In this document: positions 7,190-14,328 of the stretch, piece after piece | Numbering within the stretch: the first letter of the stretch is position 1 | Layout of the letters: each line of letters starts with the position of its first letter | NCBI GenBank assembly: GCA_030668875.1 | Contig: DAOVER010000066.1 | Span: 1-14,328, forward strand | DNA: 14,328 nucleotides | Origin: Candidatus Heimdallarchaeota archaeon | GTDB taxonomy: Archaea > Asgardarchaeota > Heimdallarchaeia > Heimdallarchaeales > Heimdallarchaeaceae | Reading direction: 5' to 3' | Notes under the pieces: generated by a model | What the model was told of the DNA's origin: nothing | What the model saw: only the letters and a program-made list of their open reading frames with translations | Database searches by the model: none | Made by a program: the position numbers and the translations under genes

Positions 7190-8119
7190 CTAAAACCTTA
7201 GAGTTAATTTAAGTGCTCCTTCCTTACAAGCATCTATACATTCTCCACAATTTGTACAAGCCTTATCCGTTATGTCCGTGTCATATGAAAGTATTGGTAC
7301 TTGTACTGGGCATGCTTTCTCACAAGCATCACAACCGCTTGTACATCTGTTTTTGTTTATTTTCATTCCCAGAATGCTGAATTTACTGAAGAATCCCAAT
7401 ATAACTCCTGTTGGACATAACCATCTGCAGTAGGCTCTTGGATATAGAATTATCATAACTAAAACAAATATTAGAACGGCTAATCGCAAGAAGAATAAGA
7501 ACTCCCATTGACCTATCTCTGCACCAACAGATTCACCTTGAATTCCCCATTTGAGATAATAATAGAGAGTTGCAAAAATAGTTGATACAGGATCTACAGT
7601 ACTAAATGGCATATCTCTTCCTGCTCCCCAAGCAGTTTTTGAGTGAGGATCTGAATTGGCATATGAAGTGCCGATAATAACTGACATTAATACAATGAAA
7701 ATAACTAATACTAATCCTACTTTCCCTAAGCTTTTGTTTGTAGGTCTTGAAACCTTTTTCTTTTTAGTTGGGATATAGCTAATCATATCTTGTACTGTAC
7801 CAAAGGGGCATATCCATGCACAAGATGTTTTTCCGAAAATTGAACCCACGAGAAGGAAGATTGAAATTGCAAGATATGGAAACATTCCAAATGTTATCGC
7901 ATATTGTAAAGCTTCAAATGCACTCCATACAGTTGAAAATGGTCCTCCAGAAGGATATTCAATGGGTAATATCACTGCCATTCTCCCTAAACCAAAAACA
8001 ACACCATTTATCAGTCCAAAACTTATAACTTGGACTAGTGTCCTAATTATTCGTATCCTATGTTCGCTTATTGGGCGCAGAAATACTGAAACTATATTCT
8101 TTTTTTGTTTTGTAGCCAT
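7190..8119 (-). CDS. Membrane-bound 4Fe-4S binding protein (NapH/MauN/YccM-like architecture)
   Basis: Several TM helices, CAWICPFG and YCRWLCPTG (CxxxCP), C-terminal ferredoxin motifs CTSGCDACEKACP and CTNCGECIDAC. Start placed at ATG 8119 because the track's GTG 8128 is part of the SD AGGTGA. Confidence 0.88.
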   Translation of the reverse strand: MATKQKKNIVSVFLRPISEHRIRIIRTLVQVISFGLINGVVFGLGRMAVILPIEYPSGGPFSTVWSAFEALQYAITFGMFPYLAISIFLLVGSIFGKTSCAWICPFGTVQDMISYIPTKKKKVSRPTNKSLGKVGLVLVIFIVLMSVIIGTSYANSDPHSKTAWGAGRDMPFSTVDPVSTIFATLYYYLKWGIQGESVGAEIGQWEFLFFLRLAVLIFVLVMIILYPRAYCRWLCPTGVILGFFSKFSILGMKINKNRCTSGCDACEKACPVQVPILSYDTDITDKACTNCGECIDACKEGALKLTLRF

Positions 8120-8136
8120 GGTCGTCACCTATTAAA

Positions 8137-8337
8137 TTATGTAAACGGTGGTCTTGGAAAACCTGTAGTGTAAGTATCCAGAAAGTCCACAATTTCAGAC
8201 CCAGTAAAATCTTTAATAACTGCGTAGTGTTCTATCTGGTTTTGTACGATAGCGACTAATAAGAAAATTATGCCAATAGACAAAAAGAATATCAGGTATA
8301 TCCTACTTCGAGTGTTCATAATAACTGAAGACATCAA
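8137..8337 (-). CDS. Small single-TM protein co-transcribed with the 4Fe-4S protein
   Basis: One clean hydrophobic helix (IYLIFFLSIGIIFLLVAIV) after basic residues. It ends 17 nt before the next start. The real start is probably ATG 8334 or 8319. Confidence 0.6.
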   Translation of the reverse strand: MMSSVIMNTRSRIYLIFFLSIGIIFLLVAIVQNQIEHYAVIKDFTGSEIVDFLDTYTTGFPRPPFT

Positions 8338-8425
8338 AAAAAGTACGTATTAAAAACTTTGCTTTTAATATATCTTTAACTTGAAAATATCTTACCTTGA
8401 TTAATCAAATCGTCTAATTACTGAA

Positions 8426-8752
8426 ATGAGAGTGAAGCTTCCATCTATCAAAACTCATTTAAAGTTCAACTCTACTATGTCAATTATGGGTTCTGACAGA
8501 ATGTGGAAAGTTACCCCTTTGAAATCTTGCATTTTGACAATATTAGAAAAAAGAGGTGGCGTGCTTTTGGAAGGTGATTTGGAAAATCCCCTCAGAGATA
8601 TGTACGGTGATTTCAGTAACTCTGAGCTAAATAAGGCACTGATGACTCTTGAAAATCAAGGTTTGATTCACGTTAGTTGGATTTCAAAAACGCGTAGAAG
8701 AATACATAAAATGACAAAAGATATGGGCTTCTTAGCTGTTGGAGAAGATTAA
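8426..8752 (+). CDS. Winged-helix protein upstream of cdc48
   Basis: Three helices plus wing: PLKSCILTILEK...EGDLENPL...SELNKALMTLENQGLIHVS...RRRIH. The start may be at a later ATG (8477, 8486 or 8501). Confidence 0.7.
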   Translation: MRVKLPSIKTHLKFNSTMSIMGSDRMWKVTPLKSCILTILEKRGGVLLEGDLENPLRDMYGDFSNSELNKALMTLENQGLIHVSWISKTRRRIHKMTKDMGFLAVGED

Positions 8753-8925
8753 GAACAATAAAAATTTCTTCTGTTTTGAATTATGTCAAAATCATTTCAT
8801 AGGTATTAAATACCCAAATCTACAAGTTATCTATATAAAATAGGGAATAAAACAAACCATTATAAAGTCCAAAGTTTTAGAAAAAACAAGCGTAAAAAAT
8901 GGTCAAGATTGTCTGAGGAGTTAAA

Positions 8926-11112
8926 ATGACCGATAAAGAAATTACACTGAGAGTTGCTGAAGCAAAGCAACGAGATGTTGGAAGAGGTAAAGTACGTTTA
9001 GATAGTATGGCAATGTCAAAAATTGGTGTTTCAACAGGTGACATTGTTGAAATTGTTGGCAAACGTTCTACTACTGCAGTTGCATGGCCTTCCTATCCAG
9101 AAGATTTGAAAAAAGAAATAATCCGCTGTGATGGCGTAATTAGGAGGAATGCAGGAGTTTCTTTAGGAGACAAAGTTGTTGTCAAAAAAGCAAAGGTAAG
9201 TGTTGCTAGACAAGTCACTTTAGCTCCAGAACAAATGTCAGTTAATATTGATTTTAGTTTCGAAAATTTTGTTAAAAGAAAACTCCTTGGTCAACCACTT
9301 TCAAGAAAAGATACAGTTTTAATACCAATTCTTGGTAGAGCAATTCCTTTCAATGTTGTTACTACAGTCCCTTCTGGAATTGTAGTTGTTACTGAAAGTA
9401 CACAGCTCAAAGTAGCTGAAAAACCATTACTTGAAGGAGAAAAAACTGCTCCCAGCATTTCCTATGAGGATATTGGGGGTTTACACCAAGAAATTCTGAA
9501 GATACGAGAGATGGTAGAACTTCCACTTAAGTTCCCGCAGCTTTTCGAAAAACTAGGTATTGATCCTCCTAAAGGTGTTCTACTCCATGGACCTCCTGGT
9601 TGTGGAAAAACCTTAGTTGCTAGAGCTGTAGCAAATGAATCAGCTGCTCACTTCATTGTTATTAATGGTCCTGAAATCATGTCAAAGTTCTATGGGGAAT
9701 CAGAGCAACGTTTACGAAGTATTTTCAAAGATGCTGAAGATAATTCTCCAAGTATTGTGTTTATTGATGAATTGGATGCAATAGCACCAAAACGAGAAGA
9801 CGTTACAGGTGAGGTTGAAAGAAGAGTAGTTGCACAACTACTAGCATTAATGGATGGGTTAGTAGCACGCGGACAAGTAATTGTTATAGGTGCAACTAAT
9901 CGACCCAATGCGGTTGATCCTGCTCTTCGTCGTCCAGGACGATTTGATCGAGAAATCGAAATACATGTTCCAGACAGAGATAGTAGAGAAGAGATTCTTC
10001 TTATTCATACACGTGGAATGCCTTTAACTCAAGATGTTGATTTGAAAGCATTAGCAAACGTTACTCACGGTTATGTTGGTGCAGATTTAGAAGCTCTGGC
10101 TCGTGAGGCTGCAATGAAAACTCTAAGAAGGGTTTTACCCTCTGTTAATCTTAGTGAAGAAAGTATACCCTCTGAAGTTCTAGACCAACTTGAAGTTACA
10201 CATGACGACTTTCTATCTGGTTTTAAGGAAATTACTCCAACAGCAATAAGAGAAGTTTATATAGAATCACCAAATGTCCCCTGGACTGATGTTGGTGGTC
10301 TTGCAAGTGTGATAACTGATATTCGAGAAGCTATAGAATGGCCTCTTACCCAAAAGGATGCTTTCAAAAGAATAGGTATCAAACCTCCTCGCGGCATATT
10401 ACTTTATGGGCCTCCTGGTTGTGGGAAAACACTACTAGCAAAAGCTGTTGCTACAGAATCTGAAGCTAATTTCATCTCTATTAAAGGTCCTGAAGTACTT
10501 TCAAAATGGGTAGGTGAAAGTGAGAAAGCTATCCGTGAAGTTTTCCGCAAAGCCCGACTTGCTGCACCATCAATTATTTTCTTCGATGAAATTGATTCTT
10601 TAATTCCTGTGAGAGGGACGTCTTCTGACAGCAATGTCACAGAGAGAGTTATCAGTCAATTATTAACAGAACTAGATGGATTGGAAGAGTTAAAGGATAT
10701 AGTAGTTCTTGCAGCTACAAATAGACCAGATATAGTCGATCCAGCAGTTTTGAGACCTGGCAGATTTGACAGATTGATTTTTGTAAATCCTCCTAACCAA
10801 AAAGGTCGAATGCAAATATTCAAGGTTTATACACGCAATATGCCACTCGCATCCTCTGTTTCAATAAAAGAATTGGCATCAGTTACCGATGGTTTTGTTG
10901 GTAGTGATATTGAAGCATTATGCAGAGAAGCTGGTATGCTTGCCCTTCGAGAAAGTTTTGAAATTAAAACTGTAACTATGAGTCATTTCAACACTGCTCT
11001 TGAAAAAATACACCCCACCGTTACACCTGATGTTATTAAATACTACGAAAAAATCAGTGAAAAGTTCAAGCGTCCAAGTCAAATTACAAGTCCAAAGATT
11101 GGTTACACCTAA
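8926..11112 (+). CDS. cdc48: Cdc48/p97/VAT AAA+ ATPase
   Basis: N-domain ([19 protein letters not shown]), D1 GPPGCGKT / IDELD / ATNRP / [10 protein letters not shown]2 GPPGCGKT / FDEID / RPGRFD. C-terminus IGYT. SD GAGGAG at 8915-8920. Confidence 0.97.
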   Translation: MTDKEITLRVAEAKQRDVGRGKVRLDSMAMSKIGVSTGDIVEIVGKRSTTAVAWPSYPEDLKKEIIRCDGVIRRNAGVSLGDKVVVKKAKVSVARQVTLAPEQMSVNIDFSFENFVKRKLLGQPLSRKDTVLIPILGRAIPFNVVTTVPSGIVVVTESTQLKVAEKPLLEGEKTAPSISYEDIGGLHQEILKIREMVELPLKFPQLFEKLGIDPPKGVLLHGPPGCGKTLVARAVANESAAHFIVINGPEIMSKFYGESEQRLRSIFKDAEDNSPSIVFIDELDAIAPKREDVTGEVERRVVAQLLALMDGLVARGQVIVIGATNRPNAVDPALRRPGRFDREIEIHVPDRDSREEILLIHTRGMPLTQDVDLKALANVTHGYVGADLEALAREAAMKTLRRVLPSVNLSEESIPSEVLDQLEVTHDDFLSGFKEITPTAIREVYIESPNVPWTDVGGLASVITDIREAIEWPLTQKDAFKRIGIKPPRGILLYGPPGCGKTLLAKAVATESEANFISIKGPEVLSKWVGESEKAIREVFRKARLAAPSIIFFDEIDSLIPVRGTSSDSNVTERVISQLLTELDGLEELKDIVVLAATNRPDIVDPAVLRPGRFDRLIFVNPPNQKGRMQIFKVYTRNMPLASSVSIKELASVTDGFVGSDIEALCREAGMLALRESFEIKTVTMSHFNTALEKIHPTVTPDVIKYYEKISEKFKRPSQITSPKIGYT

Positions 11113-11237
11113 GTAACCCCTACTCTTTTTCTTTAACTCTGTGTCATAACAAGTTCCCTTATTGTCTCGATATGATACTTAAAATAGATTTTTAAGCGTA
11201 TTGAGTCAATTGTAATATTGTAGGGTTGTGCAGACAT

Positions 11238-12089
11238 ATGATTGGATTCTACATAATAAACAAGAATGAAATGGAAGTGCTTTTTTGTCGTCCCCATACG
11301 ATTCAAAAAAAGGATCAAGAGGTAGATGATATAGTTAGATTTTTACTTCAATTTTACTCTGAAGCTGAAAAGCACTCCTCCTTAGATGAACTTCAAGTTT
11401 TGATGTTTGGTAACACAAAAATTCTGTTTAAGCATAAACACTCATTTTTATTTGTCTTGCTAAGCCCTCCAAATTATTCAACAGAAATGATTTCTTCTCA
11501 ATTATTTTTCTTCATGAAACTTTTTTTGAATGCCTTCGAAATTACAGATGAAACTAGTTCAACTGAATTCCTTAAAGAATTAGAAGGGATTAGGAGACGT
11601 GAAGTGTCAGAGTCACTCTCTCACTCTTTCTTGTTGTGGAATGTTTTAGATCTTCACATTGAGGATATTGATAAAAGGAATCTGGTAGAGGTGTTTGAAA
11701 ACATCTTAAATTCTATCTGGGTTGGGATAAAGAGTTATATTGAAGAAAGAAACTCTATGAAAATTGAAGATTTTTATAAGAAGTACAGTGAAAATTTACA
11801 AGCATATTTAGATGAAAATTATTCTTATCTAAAGGAAGTTTATTCTCTGACGCTTGAAGAGGGGTTTGATATTAGTGAAGTTGATACAAAGAAAATTACA
11901 ACAAGCGAAATCAAAAGAGAATTTATTTGTTTTCTTAAGAATATGTTAGATTGTTTGCAAAAGGAAATGGGAGAAGAAGAACTAAGGTACATAATTGCTC
12001 AGAAAGTACCTGTGGCAATGAAAGTAGAGTGGGAGAGGTTGAATGGATTAGGTTTAATTCAAGATTTATTAGATGTGGTATGGAGATAA
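11238..12089 (+). CDS. Protein with an N-terminal longin-like domain and a helical C-terminal region
   Basis: First ~100 aa follow the longin beta-beta-alpha-beta-beta-beta-alpha order (MIGFYIINK..VLF; helix; LQVLMFGNTKILFKHKHSFLFVLL; helix). Start placed at ATG 11238 (track GTG 11226). Confidence 0.65.
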   Translation: MIGFYIINKNEMEVLFCRPHTIQKKDQEVDDIVRFLLQFYSEAEKHSSLDELQVLMFGNTKILFKHKHSFLFVLLSPPNYSTEMISSQLFFFMKLFLNAFEITDETSSTEFLKELEGIRRREVSESLSHSFLLWNVLDLHIEDIDKRNLVEVFENILNSIWVGIKSYIEERNSMKIEDFYKKYSENLQAYLDENYSYLKEVYSLTLEEGFDISEVDTKKITTSEIKREFICFLKNMLDCLQKEMGEEELRYIIAQKVPVAMKVEWERLNGLGLIQDLLDVVWR

Positions 12090-12093
12090 AAAG

Positions 12094-12681
12094 ATGAATC
12101 AGTTACAAAAAATAATATGTGTTGGCTCAGCATTTGTTGGAAAGACTTCGTTAGCTAGAAGATTTACGTTAAATACTTTTATTCACAGCTACATACCAAC
12201 ATTAGGCGTAAGTTGGTTAACAAAAACATTAACATTTACACCAGAACAATTGAATGAGAACATGCTAAAAAAAATATATACAGATCCTGAAACTATCAGG
12301 TTATCTTGCTGGGATACAGGTGGTCAAGAAATGTTCACTTATCTTCGACCCAAATACTATGTAGGTGCTACATGTGCGATAATAGTTTTTGATATCACTA
12401 ATCAAAACTCATTTGATGATGTTGACATCTGGACAAATGAAGTTCTTTCTAGAGTACCTGATATCCCTATTGTCCTATGTGGAAACAAATACGATCTGAA
12501 AGATGCTCGAGCAGTATCTCGTGATGATGCTATTGCATTTGCGAAACTTCACCGATTTGATTATGTTGAAACTTCAGCTCTTTCAGCTTATAATGTTGAT
12601 AAACTATTCTTCCATGCTGGACGATTGGGAAAGCAATTTAGCGAAGAACATCTTAAATTTAGAACAGAGTATATGCTTTAG
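12094..12681 (+). CDS. Rab-like (Ras superfamily) small GTPase without a C-terminal prenylation motif
   Basis: G1 GSAFVGKTS, G2 YIPTLGV, G3 WDTGGQE, YYVGA, IVFDIT, G4 GNKYD, G5 ETSA. ATG 12094 has SD GGAG (12082-12085) and lies 4 nt after the longin-gene stop. Confidence 0.92.
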   Translation: MNQLQKIICVGSAFVGKTSLARRFTLNTFIHSYIPTLGVSWLTKTLTFTPEQLNENMLKKIYTDPETIRLSCWDTGGQEMFTYLRPKYYVGATCAIIVFDITNQNSFDDVDIWTNEVLSRVPDIPIVLCGNKYDLKDARAVSRDDAIAFAKLHRFDYVETSALSAYNVDKLFFHAGRLGKQFSEEHLKFRTEYML

Positions 12682-12689
12682 AAAACATC

Positions 12690-12712
12690 CTCCTTTTTTT
12701 CTACTTTCTTTC
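12690..12712 (+). terminator. U-tract terminator candidate after the longin-Rab operon
   Basis: CTCCTTTTTTTCTACTTTCTTTC, 9 nt after the stop. Confidence 0.5.
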
Positions 12713-12727
12713 AACTAATAAGAATCC

Positions 12728-12735
12728 TTTATAAT
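12728..12735 (+). promoter_or_regulatory. TATA box for a probably leaderless CBS-HPF transcript
   Basis: TTTATAAT about 26 nt before ATG 12757; no SD. Confidence 0.45.
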
Positions 12736-12756
12736 CATAAAAAATTGTATTAGCTT

Positions 12757-13917
12757 ATGAGTACTGATATATCGATTGTTTCTGATTTTACTTCAATCAA
12801 TCTCGATGAACCACTGTCAAAAGTGTTTGAATATTTTAAGGATAATGTACGAGAAGTTCTAGTTTTTGACGAAAAGGGCATCTTCTTTGGATATCTTACA
12901 AAGAAGAACATAACAAGGCAATCTAGAATACAACCTGGTTCTAAAGTAGCCAACTTGCTCCAAAAGGTTCCAACCGTGATGAGGAACTCTACTTTTGATG
13001 ATATAGCGAGAGCTCTTTTGTCTGCAAAGATAAACACCGTTCCTATCGAAGACAATGGGAAAATCATTGGTGTATATAGGGACATTGATGTTATTAGATC
13101 CTCAGCTGCATTGTTTAAGGATAAAACTGTGAAAGATATGATGACTCCGAATCCTATTTGTGTAAGCCCTGATACTACGGCGGCAAGACTAATTGCAATC
13201 TCTAGGACAAATAATATCTCAAGGGCACCTGTAGTCGATGAAAATAATTACTTATTGGGCATTGTAAGTCCTCATGATATGGCTGAGCTTCTAATTCCTT
13301 CCTTTCCCACTAAACAAACTAGGGGTGATAGATCAGCTGTGCAGCATACTCCTCTTACAGCGCCTATTAGAGAACTTATGACTGAAGAAGTGGTTAGTTG
13401 TAAGGAAAACGAATTGGTTCTTGAAGCTATAAGTAAGCTTTACAAAAACAATCACAAAACGCTAATTATAATAAATGAAGAAAATCACCCTGTTGGAGTT
13501 TTAACAACTACAGACCTTCTTGAAACAGTAAGCATCCCCCCTAAGACTGAAGGATACTATGTGAGAGTAATTGGAGATGTTGATGACGAAGATATGGAAC
13601 CAATCATTGAGATGGGAGTAGATCTTGTAAAGAAATTTGCTTCAGTGATTGGTAATTCTGGACAATTATTTATCCATGCTAAATCTATTCCAAAGAAGAA
13701 GTTTAGAGGTTTCGTTCTCTATCAAATAAGGTTGAGAATATCCACCAACAAAGGTCATACGTATGTTTCAAAGGCAGAAGGATATGGAGTCTTCAGCGCA
13801 TACGCAGTCGCCCTAGATAGGTTAGAAAGAGAGATTATCTCTGAAAGAGAATTAGCGATACAATCTAGACAAACTGGCAGTGAAAGATACCTTCTTGATG
13901 AACTTGAAGAAGTCTAA
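12757..13917 (+). CDS. Four CBS domains plus a C-terminal HPF/RaiA-like domain; candidate archaeal ribosome hibernation factor (Hib-type)
   Basis: CBS motifs (VPIEDNGKIIGV, VKDMMTPNPICV, APVVDENNYLLGIVS, IRELMTEEVV, IINEENHPVGVLT). C-terminal beta-alpha-beta-beta-beta-alpha domain ends in AEGYGVFSAYAVALDRLEREI, echoing HPF AxxxDxYxAIDxAxDKLERQ. Confidence 0.75.
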   Translation: MSTDISIVSDFTSINLDEPLSKVFEYFKDNVREVLVFDEKGIFFGYLTKKNITRQSRIQPGSKVANLLQKVPTVMRNSTFDDIARALLSAKINTVPIEDNGKIIGVYRDIDVIRSSAALFKDKTVKDMMTPNPICVSPDTTAARLIAISRTNNISRAPVVDENNYLLGIVSPHDMAELLIPSFPTKQTRGDRSAVQHTPLTAPIRELMTEEVVSCKENELVLEAISKLYKNNHKTLIIINEENHPVGVLTTTDLLETVSIPPKTEGYYVRVIGDVDDEDMEPIIEMGVDLVKKFASVIGNSGQLFIHAKSIPKKKFRGFVLYQIRLRISTNKGHTYVSKAEGYGVFSAYAVALDRLEREIISERELAIQSRQTGSERYLLDELEEV

Positions 13918-13921
13918 CCTT

Positions 13922-13950
13922 CTTATTTTTTTCATTTTTCAGCTATTTTC
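13922..13950 (+). terminator. Pyrimidine/U-rich terminator region
   Basis: CTTATTTTTTTCATTTTTCAGCTATTTTC directly after stop 13917, in a convergent intergenic region. Confidence 0.5.
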
Positions 13951-14127
13951 CTCTATTTGTTGCTTATATCCTTCAAACTAATATCATGCAACCTTAGTTC
14001 TGTTAGCGAATTACGTTTAGACAAATAAAAGAAGTTTTGAATCCAAATTTTCTTTTCCAAAAGCGCAAGTTTCTTTAGTTTGGAGCATTTTGAAATTTCT
14101 TTTAAATCCACTCTTATACTTTTACAA

Positions 14128-14328
14128 TCAAAGTTTCCTTTTCTTGTAGAGAAGGAGGACTGGTATAACAATAACTGGTAGGATGATCAGACTCATCAAT
14201 GCCCAATACGGACTCGTAGTATGAACTCGTTCCAATTGTTCTGTTAGAGGGTATTTATCCACTGCTTCTGCCTGACCTGCAATCTTGTATGATCCTTTTC
14301 CTTCATAATCTTTCCAGTAATTTCCCCT
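14128..14328 (-). CDS. 3' end of a surface/secreted protein with a C-terminal membrane anchor (5' part outside the window)
   Basis: Open frame from the window edge: RGNYWKDYEGKGSYKIAGQAEAVDKYPLTEQLERVHTTSPYWALMSLIILPVIVIPVLLLYKKRKL*, TGA at 14130-14128. Not in the ORF track because no start codon is in view. Confidence 0.8.
   Translation of the reverse strand, partial: RGNYWKDYEGKGSYKIAGQAEAVDKYPLTEQLERVHTTSPYWALMSLIILPVIVIPVLLLYKKRKL

Noticed and set aside
8899-8916. Tiny uORF MVKIV* overlapping the cdc48 SD
   Set aside because: It has no SD of its own, and such short ORFs are expected by chance.
2307-10640. Antisense or overlapping track ORFs 2307-2501, 2891-3115, 3143-3391, 4072-4317, 4320-4544, 4950-5147, 7816-8028, 9690-9908, 10404-10640
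   Set aside because: Each lies inside or almost entirely over a well-supported gene on the other strand and has no motif or start signals; these are shadow ORFs.
8877-13085. Track ORFs 8877-9062, 11133-11318, 12503-12718, 12750-13085
   Set aside because: They overlap cdc48, the longin gene, the Rab gene or the CBS gene, and have no recognisable protein features.
13953-14171. 72-aa minus-strand ORF with a faint leucine-rich look
   Set aside because: It has a TTG start inside the last codons of the real gene ending at 14128, no SD, and no true LRR consensus. Probably spurious.
1-14328. Search for CRISPR repeats, IS/transposase, integrase, tRNA, rRNA, in-frame Sec/Pyl codons and inteins (FEN1, Cdc48)
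   Set aside because: None seen by eye. Protein lengths and motif spacing leave no room for inteins, and no UGA/UAG read-through is needed to complete any domain.

Overview
AT-rich archaeal window, most likely from an Asgard archaeon. This is inferred from archaeal-type FEN1, Cdc48 and promoter signals combined with a Rab-like GTPase, a longin-like protein and a roadblock protein. The housekeeping core is SDR oxidoreductase, tandem GNAT, pcm, fen (PIP box), a Trm11/TrmG10-like methyltransferase, a membrane 4Fe-4S protein, a winged-helix protein and cdc48. Two separate regulator+GTPase operons stand out: (i) a roadblock protein that looks like dynein light chain roadblock (no C-terminal helix) upstream of an MglA-type GTPase (2791-3719, minus), and (ii) a longin-domain protein tightly linked to a Rab-like GTPase lacking prenylation cysteines (11238-12681), just after cdc48. 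Also present are a 4xCBS + HPF/RaiA-like candidate ribosome-hibernation factor and a small-protein/4Fe-4S pair that appears to have lost one set of Cys motifs. The window starts with a GC-rich structured minus-strand element, followed by a frameshifted membrane-protein gene, and ends in the C-terminal anchor of a surface protein that the ORF track missed. No mobile element, CRISPR array, tRNA or rRNA was recognised. All family assignments come from motif reading and recalled family sequences; no searches were run.
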